A stretch of 59,480 nucleotides of DNA from Bacteroidales bacterium (GCA_031270985.1 JAISWR010000009.1:1-59480); one strand, 5' to 3'; numbered from the stretch's first letter, positions 19,395 through 29,955 are shown. Numbers and translations are program-made. Notes: generated by a model from the letters alone, not told the origin.

Positions 19395-20651
19395 ATGCAA
19401 ATTGGAAAATATTCATTCGGAACAGGCGATCGTTTTGCTCATCAAGGCGAGGCGCAATTAAAAGCCTTATTGCAGGCAAACAAAGTATTGGGAGTTGAGA
19501 TTGTCCCCGTGTGGAACAAGTCGAATCGCGAACACACCATCGTGCATTCCACTCCTGCCGATACACGTCAAGAAGCCGATAACGCCGTGAAAGCGCTGGG
19601 TTATACGGGGCAGTATTTCGTGGACGCCGACCACATCAACCTGAGCAATGTGGACAAGTTCATTGAGTTTTCGGACTTTTTCACCCTCGACGTAGCCGAC
19701 TATATTGGGAAAAAGGCAGCAATTGAAGATATTGAGGCGTTCGTGGAAAAAAACAAAAAATACACCGGAAAGTTGCATATACCGGGTATCACCGTGCCGT
19801 TTGACGTTCCGGAAACATTGTTGCGCGACATTGCAGATAAATTTCTGTACGCCGTGCAGGATGCCGGCAAAATCTACCGGCACATTGAGAAAGCGAAGGG
19901 TGCAAACAACTTCATCGCGGAAGTATCTATGGACGAGGTGAACGACGCACAGTCGCCGGTGGAAATGTTCTTCATCCTCAGCGCCATTGCCGGCGAAAAA
20001 ATACCGGCGCAGACCATCGCACCCAAATTCACCGGACGCTTCAACAAAGGCGTCGATTATGTAGGCGATGTGGCACAGTTTGCCAAAGAATTTGAAGAAG
20101 ACCTGCTGGTGATTGATTACGCCATCAAAGAATTCGGATTGCCGGTCAATCTTAAACTCAGCATCCATTCGGGAAGCGACAAGTTTTCGATTTATCCCGT
20201 GATGGGCAACCTGATTAAAAAATACGATAAAGGTATCCATGTGAAAACCGCAGGCACTACATGGCTCGAAGAAATCATCGGGCTTGCCGCAGCCAATGAC
20301 TCCGAAGCCATTGACCTTGCCAAGGCGATTTATGTCGGCGCTCTTGCCCGCTTCGACGAACTGTGCGGCCCGTATGCCACAGTGATCGACATCGACAAAA
20401 GCAAACTGCCCTCCACCAAAGAAGTGGAACGCTGGACAGGCGAAAAATTAGCCGGCACGCTACGACACATACCCGGACATCCCGATTACAACCCGAATTT
20501 CCGCCAGCTCATCCATGTAGGATACAAAGTGGCTGCGGAATACGGCAAGGAATATACCGGTGCGCTGGAAAAGAACAAAGAAATTGTGGCGCAGCAAGTG
20601 ATCGAAAACATCTACGGGCGACACATCAAACGGCTCTTCGGGATAGAATAA
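19395..20651 (+). CDS. UxaE-like (tagaturonate/fructuronate epimerase family) protein, tentative
   Basis: 418 aa. Segments FVDADHIN, SIHSGSDKFS and KTAGTTWLEE suggest a TIM-barrel sugar epimerase of the UxaE family. The assignment is from memory only. Confidence 0.45.
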   Translation: MQIGKYSFGTGDRFAHQGEAQLKALLQANKVLGVEIVPVWNKSNREHTIVHSTPADTRQEADNAVKALGYTGQYFVDADHINLSNVDKFIEFSDFFTLDVADYIGKKAAIEDIEAFVEKNKKYTGKLHIPGITVPFDVPETLLRDIADKFLYAVQDAGKIYRHIEKAKGANNFIAEVSMDEVNDAQSPVEMFFILSAIAGEKIPAQTIAPKFTGRFNKGVDYVGDVAQFAKEFEEDLLVIDYAIKEFGLPVNLKLSIHSGSDKFSIYPVMGNLIKKYDKGIHVKTAGTTWLEEIIGLAAANDSEAIDLAKAIYVGALARFDELCGPYATVIDIDKSKLPSTKEVERWTGEKLAGTLRHIPGHPDYNPNFRQLIHVGYKVAAEYGKEYTGALEKNKEIVAQQVIENIYGRHIKRLFGIE

Positions 20652-20671
20652 CGCGATGCGCGGTAAAACCG

Positions 20672-20721
20672 CAAAAACAAATGAGGGTGCTGACCATACG
20701 GTGAACACCCTCGTTGTTTTT
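20672..20721. terminator. Bidirectional intrinsic terminator between the UxaE-like gene and ppdK
   Basis: 13-position stem GAGGGTGCTGACC(20683-95)/GGTGAACACCCTC(20700-12) with 2 mismatches and a 4-nt loop. It is flanked by CAAAAACAAAT upstream and GTTGTTTTT downstream, in a convergent gap. Confidence 0.6.
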
Positions 20722-20733
20722 GTGCCCTGTTCG

Positions 20734-23463
20734 TTACTTGTTGCCTTTGATGGCAGCGTGTGCGGCGGCAAGGCGTGCGATAGGTACGCGGAAAGGCGAG
20801 CAACTGACATAGTTCAGCCCGATGTGGTGGCAAAATTCTACGGAACTCGGTTCACCGCCGTGTTCACCGCAAATGCCCACTTTCAGTTCGGGACGAACGG
20901 AACGCCCATTAACGGTTGCCATGCCGATGAGTTGTCCCACTCCTTTTTGGTCGAGAATCTGGAACGGGTCGGATTTCAGGATATTCTTTTCCAGATATAC
21001 GGGCAGGAACTTGGCTATGTCATCACGCGAGTAGCCGAAAGTCATCTGCGTGAGGTCGTTGGTGCCGAACGAAAAGAACTCCGCCGTTTCGGCAATGCGG
21101 TTAGCCGTCAATGCAGCACGGGGCACTTCTATCATCGTACCGATTTTGAAGTCAATACGGTCATTGTATTCGTCAAATACGTTCTGCGCCGTCATGCGGA
21201 TGATTTGTTCCTGATATTTCAATTCGTACAGGATGCCCACCAGCGGCACCATGATTTCAGGAATGGCTGTAATGCCGCGTTTTTTCAAGTTCAGGGCGGC
21301 TTCGATAATAGCGCGGGTCTGCATTTCGGTGATTTCGGGATAAGTATTGCCCAAACGGCAACCGCGATGCCCCAGCATTGGGTTAAATTCATGCAGCGAT
21401 TCCACCTTTTCCTGTACTTTTTTCAGTGAGATACCCATCACTTTTGCCATTTCTTCCTGTCCTTTCAGGTCGTGAGGCACAAATTCGTGCAATGGCGGGT
21501 CGAGCAGACGGATGGTGACCGGCAGTTCCTGCATGGCTTCAAAGATGCCTTCAAAGTCGGCGCGTTGCAGGGGCAACAGTTTTGCCAGCGCTTTGCGTCG
21601 TCCTGCTTCGTCGTCGGCAAGAATCATTTCGCGCATGGGAATGATTTTTTCGCCTTCAAAAAACATGTGTTCGGTGCGGCACAGTCCGATGCCTTGTGCG
21701 CCGAAATTTCGTGCCACCTGTGCGTCGTGCGGTGTGTCGGCGTTGGTGCGTACCTGCAGGCGGGCGTATTTTTCCGACAGTGTCATCAGTTCGGCAAAGT
21801 CGCCGCTCAATTCGGCTTCTCTGGTTTTGATTTGCCCGCTGTACACGTTACCGGTAGAACCGTTGAGGGAAATCCAATCGCCTTCTTTCAGGGTTTTTCC
21901 GTCAATGGTCAGTGTACGCGCCTTGTAGTCGATAACGATGCTTCCTGCTCCGGAGACACAGCATTTGCCCATTCCGCGGGCTACCACTGCCGCGTGTGAG
22001 GTCATTCCGCCGCGTGCCGTGAGGATGCCTTCGGCTACGTACATCCCTTTGAGGTCTTCGGGCGATGTTTCGGTGCGCACCAGAATGGTTTTTTTGCCTT
22101 GTGCCGCCCATGTTTCGGCGTCTTCGGCAAAGAAAATAATTTGTCCTGTGGCTGCTCCAGGTGATGCGGGCAATCCGCGTGCAATCAGTGTGCCGGCCGA
22201 CAGGGCGTCGGCGTCGAAAACCGGATGCAGCAGTTCGTCTAATTTTTGTGCTTCGCACCGCAATAATGCCGTTTGTTCGTCAATCACTCCTTCGCGGAAC
22301 ATGTCTATTGCGATTTTCACCATTGCCGCTCCGGTGCGTTTGCCGTTGCGGGTCTGCAACATCCACAGTTTGCCGTCTTGAATGGTAAATTCGATGTCCT
22401 GCATGTCCTTATGGTGCTGTTCCAAATGTTTCTGGGTGCTGAACAGGTCTTGATATACGGACGGCATGGATTCCTCCAGCGAGGGGTATTCAGCGGCGCG
22501 TTCTTCTTCGGGGACATTTGCCAGCTTAGCCCAGCGTTGCGATCCGATTTTGGTGATTTGCTGCGGGGTGCGGATGCCTGCAACGACGTCTTCGCCCTGG
22601 GCATTGATAAGGTATTCGCCGTTGAAGAGCGCTTCGCCGGTGGCGGCATCACGGGTGAAAGCCACGCCGGTGGCGGAATTGGCGCCCATATTGCCGAAAA
22701 CCATTGCCTGTACATTCACCGCGGTGCCCCATTCGGCGGGGATGTTGTTCAACTTGCGGTAAAGGATGGCACGGTCGTTCATCCAACTTCCGAAAACCGC
22801 CATCACCGCGCCCCACAATTGTTCCCACGGGTCTATGGGGAAGTCTTTTCCGGTTTTGTCTTTCACTGCTTTTTTGAACAATGCGACTAATTGCTTCAGG
22901 TCGTCGGGTGTAAGGTCGGTATCCAATTGTATACCCTTGTCTTTCTTCATTTTATCGATGATTTCTTCAAACGGGTCGTGGTCTTCTTTCGACGCCGGTT
23001 TCAGGTCGAGTACCACGTCGCCGTACATCTGCACGAAACGGCGATAGGAATCCCACGCAAAACGCGGATTGCCCGATTTTGTCGCAATGGTTTCCACCGC
23101 TTCGTCGTTCAGTCCGAGATTGAGGATGGTGTCCATCATACCCGGCATGGATGCACGCGCTCCGGAGCGCACCGATACCAATAAGGGATTTTTGTTGTCG
23201 CCGAATTTAGGCCCGTTCACTGAGGCTTCCACTTTTCCCATCGCAGCCTGTACGTCGCCCCGAATCTGACGGATGACGGCTTCGCGTCCCACCTTGTAAT
23301 AGAGGGTACACACTTCGGTGGTGATGGTGAATCCCGGTGGTACAGGGATGCCTATCAGGTTCATCTCGGCCAAATTGGCGCCTTTACCGCCCAGCAATTC
23401 CCGCATGGAACCGTTGCCTTCGGCTGTTTTGTTTCCGAAGAAATAAACTTGTTTTTCTGACAT
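20734..23463 (-). CDS. ppdK: Pyruvate, phosphate dikinase
   Basis: 909 aa. Shows [10 protein letters not shown], the phosphohistidine loop [13 protein letters not shown], and the PEP-utilising C-terminal domain GICGEHGG. Confidence 0.95.
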   Translation of the reverse strand: MSEKQVYFFGNKTAEGNGSMRELLGGKGANLAEMNLIGIPVPPGFTITTEVCTLYYKVGREAVIRQIRGDVQAAMGKVEASVNGPKFGDNKNPLLVSVRSGARASMPGMMDTILNLGLNDEAVETIATKSGNPRFAWDSYRRFVQMYGDVVLDLKPASKEDHDPFEEIIDKMKKDKGIQLDTDLTPDDLKQLVALFKKAVKDKTGKDFPIDPWEQLWGAVMAVFGSWMNDRAILYRKLNNIPAEWGTAVNVQAMVFGNMGANSATGVAFTRDAATGEALFNGEYLINAQGEDVVAGIRTPQQITKIGSQRWAKLANVPEEERAAEYPSLEESMPSVYQDLFSTQKHLEQHHKDMQDIEFTIQDGKLWMLQTRNGKRTGAAMVKIAIDMFREGVIDEQTALLRCEAQKLDELLHPVFDADALSAGTLIARGLPASPGAATGQIIFFAEDAETWAAQGKKTILVRTETSPEDLKGMYVAEGILTARGGMTSHAAVVARGMGKCCVSGAGSIVIDYKARTLTIDGKTLKEGDWISLNGSTGNVYSGQIKTREAELSGDFAELMTLSEKYARLQVRTNADTPHDAQVARNFGAQGIGLCRTEHMFFEGEKIIPMREMILADDEAGRRKALAKLLPLQRADFEGIFEAMQELPVTIRLLDPPLHEFVPHDLKGQEEMAKVMGISLKKVQEKVESLHEFNPMLGHRGCRLGNTYPEITEMQTRAIIEAALNLKKRGITAIPEIMVPLVGILYELKYQEQIIRMTAQNVFDEYNDRIDFKIGTMIEVPRAALTANRIAETAEFFSFGTNDLTQMTFGYSRDDIAKFLPVYLEKNILKSDPFQILDQKGVGQLIGMATVNGRSVRPELKVGICGEHGGEPSSVEFCHHIGLNYVSCSPFRVPIARLAAAHAAIKGNK

Positions 23464-23506
23464 GTTTCGTTTTTAATAATTTAATTTAATCTAATCTATT
23501 TTTATG

Positions 23507-23514
23507 CAAAAATA
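23507..23514 (-). promoter_or_regulatory. -7 box TATTTTTG for ppdK
   Basis: The minus strand reads TATTTTTG, 44 nt upstream of ATG 23463. Confidence 0.45.
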
Positions 23515-23576
23515 GACAATATTTTTGATAAATGAAGTTCCGTCCTGTAAAAAATTCAAATATTTTTTCGCACGCA

Positions 23577-25325
23577 CTAATAGTGTGTATGATTGGTCAT
23601 GGTACGGCGGAGGAAATCCGGATTGTTGTCCGGTTGTTTGGATTTCACATGCTTGTAGCCCCACACGCGGAGTTTGGTTCGGTCGAGGGTGATGACTTGA
23701 GCCGCGCCGTTCCTTTCAAAATCGAAACAGTGGTACACATTGCCCGTAAAGCACAGTTTTCCTTTGCCGTCGGGTAGCATCATGAAACGGTACCAGAACA
23801 GCGTTTCGGATCCGTTGCCGTACCAGTCGCCTTTGGCGAAATCGGGATTGCCGTTCAGTTCGTTGGCAGGCCATTTTGAAATCAGTTTGCCGGTGTGGTC
23901 GAACCAATATACCTGCGCGGAGATGTAAGGGTCTATTTTGCGGTCTTTGTATATTCTCGCCCCTGCAACCACTTGAGGGAGGTCATATCCTGCGAGGAAT
24001 TTTCCTGCCTGTATTTGTTGATTGTGTTCGCTGGGCGCTACCCAGATCAGTTTGCCGGTCATGGCGTCGCGCACTTGAGAACCGAGATCACAGGCGGCAA
24101 CGATGATTTCTTCTTTCCCGTCTCCGTTCATATCGGCAAATTTGTAACTGTCCACGTGGTCGTGATTGTCGTAAATATCCGTCAACCGGTTCCATATCTC
24201 TTTGCCGTCTTTGTCCAGCAGCAGCCATCCGCCGAGAATTTCGTCAATACCGTCTCCGTTAAAATCATTCGGATATACGTAATGTCCCATGTGGTCTTTC
24301 CGAAGTCGTTCTACGTGCGCCCACATCTGTTCCAGAGAGGGCGTATAGGCTGCCAGTGTCACCTGTCCGCCGCAATCCGAGTACACGATAATGCCTGTGG
24401 GATATTTTCCGTCCAGATTGGCAATGGCGATGCGGAAATTGTTATACACGTGGGGATGCGCTTTGGTTGGCCACTCTGTTTTGGCTTTCACGACGCCCGT
24501 TACGCCATCGGCAACCACCAGCCATTCTTTGCCATCAAATTCTCGCCATTGCACAAATTCTGCTTTGCCGTCCCTGTCAAAATCCCACACCGCTCCCGGC
24601 GCTTCAAACTCAGCGCGAAGGTTCGACCGTTCTTCTGGCGCCTCCCAGTGCCATAATTCCTTACCGCTGTTGTCAAATGCGTAAGACGAATAATTGCCCT
24701 TCAGCACCACAAAGTCTGTTTTGCCATCGCCGTTGAGATCGCCGAATTTCACGCAGCCGGATGCGGGAATGTCATATTCTTTCAACAACGCAACGTCATC
24801 GGGGAGTTGCCTGTTTATCAGTACGGACTCCTGAAATGCAGAATCTTTCGACAGTACAATGACGTCCAGCGCAGGTGTTCCTGTGATGCGGGTAATCATC
24901 AGATTGGCGTCTTCGCCTCGTTTGAAATAGAAACCGCCCGCATTGCGCATGACAGCGCCTTGCACATCCCCAAATGCACCTTCTACATAACGGTCATTGA
25001 CGCGGATACGAAAATTCCCTTCGCCGCTACCCACCGACCGTACATACAGGTAATAAATGCCTTCGGAAGTGATGGGAACGGTTTTCATGTAGTTGGAGAT
25101 GGTGAAACCTGCGTGGGTATGGAACCGGATAGCAAAGTTGTTGTACAGCCAATCTGTCCCCAGCGACGATGCGGTGTGCACTTGGTGCAGACGGGGTATT
25201 TCGTCCAGAAAATCCGACGCATCCATAATGATGTCCTGTCCCACAACTTTCTGAGCCGAAACGTGTATTCCTGCCGTCGCCAACATGACGGCAAGTGCGG
25301 TAAAAAAAACAAAACGAAGTTTCAT
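23577..25325 (-). CDS. Secreted FG-GAP/VCBS-repeat beta-propeller protein with N-terminal beta-sandwich-like domain (possibly PL11-like)
   Basis: ATG 25325 gives MKLRFVFFTALAVMLATAGIHVSAQ. Repeated Ca-binding-type loops DLNGDGKTDFVV, DFDRDGKAEFV, DFNGDGIDEI and DMNGDGKEEIIV. Confidence 0.6.
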   Translation of the reverse strand: MKLRFVFFTALAVMLATAGIHVSAQKVVGQDIIMDASDFLDEIPRLHQVHTASSLGTDWLYNNFAIRFHTHAGFTISNYMKTVPITSEGIYYLYVRSVGSGEGNFRIRVNDRYVEGAFGDVQGAVMRNAGGFYFKRGEDANLMITRITGTPALDVIVLSKDSAFQESVLINRQLPDDVALLKEYDIPASGCVKFGDLNGDGKTDFVVLKGNYSSYAFDNSGKELWHWEAPEERSNLRAEFEAPGAVWDFDRDGKAEFVQWREFDGKEWLVVADGVTGVVKAKTEWPTKAHPHVYNNFRIAIANLDGKYPTGIIVYSDCGGQVTLAAYTPSLEQMWAHVERLRKDHMGHYVYPNDFNGDGIDEILGGWLLLDKDGKEIWNRLTDIYDNHDHVDSYKFADMNGDGKEEIIVAACDLGSQVRDAMTGKLIWVAPSEHNQQIQAGKFLAGYDLPQVVAGARIYKDRKIDPYISAQVYWFDHTGKLISKWPANELNGNPDFAKGDWYGNGSETLFWYRFMMLPDGKGKLCFTGNVYHCFDFERNGAAQVITLDRTKLRVWGYKHVKSKQPDNNPDFLRRTMTNHTHY

Positions 25326-25352
25326 GACAATTTTTTGATGGTTTTTAAGTGA

Positions 25353-25360
25353 CAAATGTA
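25353..25360 (-). promoter_or_regulatory. -7 box TACATTTG for the FG-GAP gene
   Basis: The minus strand reads TACATTTG, 28 nt upstream of ATG 25325. Confidence 0.45.
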
Positions 25361-25557
25361 CGCATATATTTTTATATCTGCAAGAAGTTACGGAACAAAT
25401 TTGTGATACGGCCAAAGTTACGCTTTTCCGCACAATTCATGGCGGAACCCAAAAATATAACAGTTTTTTCTCCGACATGTTCCCTTATTTAGTCAATCCT
25501 TAAAACTATATTAATTCATTGTTAATCATGTAAATAAGAACAAAAAGAGTTGAATAA

Positions 25558-25785
25558 AAGCGCCAACAGTTTCGCTCCAGAGCCGCAATAGAGCCGATAA
25601 AAGGACTGACTATTTTACCCGGAAATTTCACGACGGGGATGTCGGGAATTGGGGTTTATTATCCCGACGGACGCGAAACACAGCGGACAGGCATTGCCAT
25701 GGACGAGGTGGTGGAGTTTACCATACGGGGAATCATTGAAGGCAGGGATGAACTGCTCGAAAGAGCAATAGCCATTATTGAATAA
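25558..25785 (+). pseudogene. C-terminal remnant (~55-75 codons) of an S41-type peptidase
   Basis: Not in the ORF track. The frame reads ...LPGNFTTGMSGIGVYYPDGRETQRTGIAMDEVVEFTIRGIIEGRDELLERAIAIIE*, stop at 25783-85. It resembles the conserved C-terminus of Bacteroidota S41 peptidases (GVYYPDG.ETQR.GI.PD..V.PT..G...G.DE.LE.AI). No start or upstream body exists: a stop lies at 25555-57 and AT-rich DNA precedes it. Confidence 0.45.
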
Positions 25786-25787
25786 CA

Positions 25788-27110
25788 CTATTTCTTCATC
25801 CACGTCCCCGCAAAAAGATACGCCAGCGAGAAGGCAGCCATCACAACGCCATAGATGCCGTCCACTAACCAGACATATATGATTCCCCAGCCCCAGGAAT
25901 CGACGGCAAGAACCGTAATGACGAGGTAAATGAGCGTGGCGATAATTTCCAGCATCAGGGCGATGTGCGTATTGCCTGTGCCGGACACCGCGTTGAAACA
26001 CACAAACCCTGTGCCGAAAACAAGCGCCGAAATACATATTGCCGGCATGACGTTTTTAGTGGGTTCAATCAGTGACGGGATGTCGGTGTAGATAGCCGTA
26101 ACGAAGTCGGAAAAGACGAATGCAAACGCTTCCAGCACGATGATGGAAACGGCAGTCAGCGCCGTCACTTTGCCGATGATCGGGAACGTCAGCAACGGTT
26201 TGCGACAACCGATGCTATAACTGACCAGCGAATTTACCGCCGAGGCAAAACCCCACACGGGCAACAGAAACAACATGTACAGGCTACGCCCGATGTTGGA
26301 CACTGCCAACGCCTGTTCGCCGAGTTTTTCCACCATAATGAAGAAGATAAACCATGATGCTACCGACAGGAAATTCTGTAATGATGCAGGAACAGATATT
26401 TTCAACAAATTCCGCATCTCTGCGGGAACGTATCTCAGTTTCCGGAAAATGCGGTATTGGCGGAAATTCTGCCGGCGGTAAATGTACGTCACGTACACCA
26501 CTACCGCCACCGCTTCGGAAATGACGCTTGCCAATGCAGCGCCCCGTATCCCCATTGTTTCAAAACCGGCGTGACCGAAAATCATTACCCAGTCCAGGAC
26601 AATATTCACGACAACCATTAATCCGGTGACGTACGAAATGAATTTGGTTTGTGCAATACCAACAAAAAATGCCTGACACACGTAGAGCATAAACCCGAAC
26701 AGGATACCTGTGATGCGCATGTCGAAAAAATCGATGGTCGCCTCCAGCACGTCGGGCGACCGCACCAGCAGCGAAAGAATGTCGCTGCCCGTCTTGCGGA
26801 AAAGCATCCACAGCAGCAACACGAACGGTATCATGAAGTACAGTGCGTGGTGCAACACCTGCCCGATGCTGTCACTGCGACCTTCGCCACGCCTGCGTGC
26901 CACAATCACCTGTATCCCGATACTGAAGCCCAAGCCCAGCATCATCACGGACACGTAAAAAACACCGCCTAAAGCGGTTGCGCCCAGCGACACCTCATCC
27001 AATCGCCCGATAAAGGCTGTGTCGGTGACGCTCAGCAAGTTCTGGGCAATGCTGCCTATCACTATCGGATAGGCTATCTCCCAGATACGGCGGAATTTAA
27101 TCAAAATCAT
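25788..27110 (-). CDS. MATE family efflux transporter
   Basis: 440 aa, about 12 hydrophobic segments, N-terminus IWEIAYPIVIGSIAQNLLSVTDTAFIGRL typical of MATE/NorM. Confidence 0.85.
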   Translation of the reverse strand: MILIKFRRIWEIAYPIVIGSIAQNLLSVTDTAFIGRLDEVSLGATALGGVFYVSVMMLGLGFSIGIQVIVARRRGEGRSDSIGQVLHHALYFMIPFVLLLWMLFRKTGSDILSLLVRSPDVLEATIDFFDMRITGILFGFMLYVCQAFFVGIAQTKFISYVTGLMVVVNIVLDWVMIFGHAGFETMGIRGAALASVISEAVAVVVYVTYIYRRQNFRQYRIFRKLRYVPAEMRNLLKISVPASLQNFLSVASWFIFFIMVEKLGEQALAVSNIGRSLYMLFLLPVWGFASAVNSLVSYSIGCRKPLLTFPIIGKVTALTAVSIIVLEAFAFVFSDFVTAIYTDIPSLIEPTKNVMPAICISALVFGTGFVCFNAVSGTGNTHIALMLEIIATLIYLVITVLAVDSWGWGIIYVWLVDGIYGVVMAAFSLAYLFAGTWMKK

Positions 27111-27165
27111 GATAACAATAACAATGCAAAAAGGACAATTGCCTGCCGACCATCAGCAAAATGTG

Positions 27166-27357
27166 CTACCGTTCATTGGCGAGGCGCGCCGCAAAAAAAG
27201 CCGGCGCATATCCTCGCGTACCGGAATTTTCGCCGAAAGTAGGGCAGTCGCATGGCGCGCGTTTGTATTTTTTCCGGTGAGGGTGGCGCGTACTGCACGC
27301 TGCCAGCACCAACAGCGCTGCCAGCGCAATTCCTGCAATTTTAAGCGGTATTTTCAT
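27166..27357 (-). CDS. Candidate small basic lipoprotein (63 aa)
   Basis: ATG 27357 gives MKIPLKIAGIALAALLVLAAC (signal peptide plus LAAC lipobox), then HRKKYKRAPCDCPTF. It fills the ftsY-MATE gap. No family is recognised. Confidence 0.4.
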   Translation of the reverse strand: MKIPLKIAGIALAALLVLAACSTRHPHRKKYKRAPCDCPTFGENSGTRGYAPAFFAARLANER

Positions 27358-27399
27358 GCTTGTCGATATAATTTGAGATGATGAAAATATGATATTTTG

Positions 27400-28356
27400 T
27401 TATGCCTGCCTGAAGAACGAGGCCACAAATTCCGCCTTGTTGAATATCAGCAGATCTTCGGGTTTTTCGCCCACGCCGATGTATTTTACCGGAATTTTGA
27501 ACTGGTCGGATATGCCGAGTATGACGCCGCCTTTCGCGGTGCCGTCCAGTTTGGTGAGCGCCAAAGCCGACACGTCCGTAGCCTTTGTGAATTGTTTTGC
27601 CTGCTCGAAAGCGTTTTGTCCCGTCGAACCGTCCAGCACCAGCAGTACTTCGTGAGGCGCTTCGGGAATCACTTTCTGGATGACTTTTTTGATTTTCGAC
27701 AGTTCGTTCATCAGGTTGATTTTGTTGTGCAACCGTCCTGCCGTATCAATGATGACCACGTCCGTGCCATTCGTACACGCCGAGCATACGGTGTCGTAAG
27801 CCACCGACGCGGGGTCGGCGCCCATTTGCTGTTTGACGACCGTTGCGCCTGTCCGTTCCGACCACACCGTCAATTGTTCAACAGCCGCTGCCCTGAACGT
27901 ATCTGCCGCGCCGAACATCACTTTTTTGCCGACATTCCCGAACCGATGCGCCAGTTTGCCGATGGTGGTGGTTTTCCCCACGCCGTTCACGCCCACTACC
28001 ATGATGACATAGGGTTTTGCCGTAGGGATGGAAGCGAAATCCGTCACCTCGCCGACATGGTTTTCTTCCAGCAGGCCAGCGATTTCTTCGTGCAAAATCA
28101 CGTTCAATTCCCCGGTGTTCATGATTTTATCCCGCGCCACCCTGTTTTCGATGCGTTCGATGATTTTCAGGGTGGTTTCCACACCTACGTCCGAAGAAAT
28201 CAGTACTTCTTCCAGATTATCCAGCACTTCGCCGTCCACCTTGGATTTTCCGGCAACGGCGCGCGACAGTTTCCGGAAAAAACTTTCCTTGGTTTTCTCA
28301 ATTCCCTTGTCGAGGCTGTCTTTCTTCTCCTTTGAAAATAATCCGAATAATGCCAT
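27400..28356 (-). CDS. ftsY: Signal recognition particle receptor FtsY
   Basis: ATG 28356 (MALFGLFSKEKKDSLDKG). NG domain motifs GVNGVGKTTT, DTAGR and TKLDGTAKGG. Confidence 0.9.
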   Translation of the reverse strand: MALFGLFSKEKKDSLDKGIEKTKESFFRKLSRAVAGKSKVDGEVLDNLEEVLISSDVGVETTLKIIERIENRVARDKIMNTGELNVILHEEIAGLLEENHVGEVTDFASIPTAKPYVIMVVGVNGVGKTTTIGKLAHRFGNVGKKVMFGAADTFRAAAVEQLTVWSERTGATVVKQQMGADPASVAYDTVCSACTNGTDVVIIDTAGRLHNKINLMNELSKIKKVIQKVIPEAPHEVLLVLDGSTGQNAFEQAKQFTKATDVSALALTKLDGTAKGGVILGISDQFKIPVKYIGVGEKPEDLLIFNKAEFVASFFRQA

Positions 28357-28361
28357 AGTGT

Positions 28362-28802
28362 TCACAAAGATTTTCTTTCGCCATAGATATATAACGAGTG
28401 CTGCATCGGCGTGAAACCGTGCTGTTTGCACACCTCGTTGATGATTTGTTGCAGGCGTACGTCGGAGAACTCAATGACTTCGCCCGATCTGATGTCAATC
28501 ATGTGTTCGTGTTGTGTTCCGGGATGCGCTTTTTCAAATTGCGCCATGTGTTTCCCGAACATGTGTTTGATGACTAATTTGCAGTCCAGCAACAAATCAA
28601 TGGTGTTGTACAGGGTTGCCCTGCTGACCCTGTAATTTTTGTTTTTCATCTGGATGTACAACGATTCCACATCGAAATGGGAGTCGTGCGAATAAATTTC
28701 TTCCAGGATGGCAAACCGTTCCGGTGTTTTCCGGTGACCGTTCCGTTCCAGATATTTGGTAAAGATGATCTTTGCCTGTTCTTTGTTGTTTTGTTGGTTC
28801 AT
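28362..28802 (-). CDS. Fur family transcriptional regulator
   Basis: 146 aa. Winged-helix part [15 protein letters not shown]...[10 protein letters not shown] and a His-rich metal site (HEHMID). The metal specificity (Fur, Zur or PerR) cannot be told from sequence alone. Confidence 0.8.
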   Translation of the reverse strand: MNQQNNKEQAKIIFTKYLERNGHRKTPERFAILEEIYSHDSHFDVESLYIQMKNKNYRVSRATLYNTIDLLLDCKLVIKHMFGKHMAQFEKAHPGTQHEHMIDIRSGEVIEFSDVRLQQIINEVCKQHGFTPMQHSLYIYGERKSL

Positions 28803-28813
28803 GGTTTTTCGTT

Positions 28814-29848
28814 TCAGAAATGAATCATCGCTTTTACTGCACCGTCTTCGTATCCGGCAATCATGTCAAAGGCTTTCTTGCTGTCGGCAAATCCGAACCG
28901 GTGCGTTATCCAGTGATCTACCTTCACGTTGCCGTCGGCAATGACCTCTATCGCCTTTTTGTCATATCCGTTTTGCCGCCGCACGTTCCGGATGGAGATT
29001 TCTTTCCGGCGCAGGTCGTCGGCGGGGAAAGAAAAACGGGCAAACGAAGGGATACCGATAATCATCAGTTTTCCTCCGGGTTTCAGCAGCTCAATGGCTT
29101 GGTCGAGCGCTTCCTGCTGTCCGCAACATTCGAATACTGCATCCATCATGCGCGGGGTTTTTGTTTTTACCGTCGCAACGATGTTCTCTTTGAGGATATT
29201 GCATGTGACGCTCGCTCCGCTGATAGAGGCTACCTCCAAACGTTCGTCTATCTTGTCGGTCATATACACCGCGCCTGCACCTGCAAGCCTGAGTCCTGCC
29301 AGCACGCTCAATCCGACGGGACCCGACCCGAGTACGGCTACGTCTTTGCCTCGTACGTCTCCGGCAAGATGCACGGCATACAGCCCTATCGCCAACGGTT
29401 CGGAAACAGACGCCTGCTCAAAACTCATGTGTTCGGGGATGGGCAGGCAACTCCTTCGAGGCATCACAATGTATTCCGACAGGCAACCTTCGGCTTGTCC
29501 CGGACAGCCCAGAAAACGAAGATTGCGGCATGTATGCGGCCTGCCTTCCATGCACTGGTCGCAAATACCGCACGGCATGGCAGGCTCTATAGCAATACGG
29601 TCGCCTGCATGAAGACCGTCCACCGCACTGCCTGTTTTTTCCACAATGCCCGCCCCCTCATGTCCCACAGGGAAAGGATATTGCACTACTTGAGAGCCGA
29701 TTTTCCCCGAAACATAATAATGAACGTCCGATCCGCATACACCCACTGCCTTCATGCGGATGAGCACATCGGTATCTTCACGGATATCAGGTGTGGGAAC
29801 ATCTTTCATTTCCATCTTCCTGATGCCTGTCAATTGCATTGATTTCAT
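28814..29848 (-). CDS. Zinc-dependent alcohol/polyol dehydrogenase (MDR family)
   Basis: [16 protein letters not shown], structural-Zn cysteines [15 protein letters not shown], and Rossmann motif VLGSGPVG. Confidence 0.8.
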   Translation of the reverse strand: MKSMQLTGIRKMEMKDVPTPDIREDTDVLIRMKAVGVCGSDVHYYVSGKIGSQVVQYPFPVGHEGAGIVEKTGSAVDGLHAGDRIAIEPAMPCGICDQCMEGRPHTCRNLRFLGCPGQAEGCLSEYIVMPRRSCLPIPEHMSFEQASVSEPLAIGLYAVHLAGDVRGKDVAVLGSGPVGLSVLAGLRLAGAGAVYMTDKIDERLEVASISGASVTCNILKENIVATVKTKTPRMMDAVFECCGQQEALDQAIELLKPGGKLMIIGIPSFARFSFPADDLRRKEISIRNVRRQNGYDKKAIEVIADGNVKVDHWITHRFGFADSKKAFDMIAGYEDGAVKAMIHF

Positions 29849-29915
29849 ATATTATGATACTTATAAAAAACGTGCGAATATAGTCAATTTTTATGAATTT
29901 ACAATCAAAATATTT

Positions 29916-29955
29916 GCTTTGGGTGCATTTATGGCTTTGGGTGCATTTATGGCTT
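29916..29955. repeat. Perfect 18-bp tandem duplication GCTTTGGGTGCATTTATG x2 (+4 nt)
   Basis: Copies at 29916-29933 and 29934-29951, followed by GCTT. They lie just upstream of a putative adh promoter (minus strand TTTG about 29903-06; near-consensus -7 TATATTCG at 29875-82). Confidence 0.8.

Noticed and set aside
20656-21429. 257-aa plus-strand ORF, plus several more (21472..21999, 22273..22890) antisense to ppdK
   Set aside because: ppdK is unambiguous on the minus strand. These are shadow frames.
23471-23497. Low-complexity AATTT/AATCT pentamer run in the ppdK leader
   Set aside because: It is short, AT-rich simple sequence between the -7 box and the ATG, with no evidence of function beyond an unstructured leader.
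25615-26037. 140-aa minus-strand ORF spanning the S41 remnant and the MATE 3' end
   Set aside because: It overlaps the MATE coding frame and is antisense to the S41-like frame. No features support it.
27397-28335. 312-aa plus-strand ORF antisense to ftsY
   Set aside because: FtsY motifs are intact on the minus strand, and the antisense product is low-complexity.
28772-29842. 356-aa plus-strand ORF antisense to the Zn-ADH
   Set aside because: It is a shadow of a well-supported MDR dehydrogenase gene.
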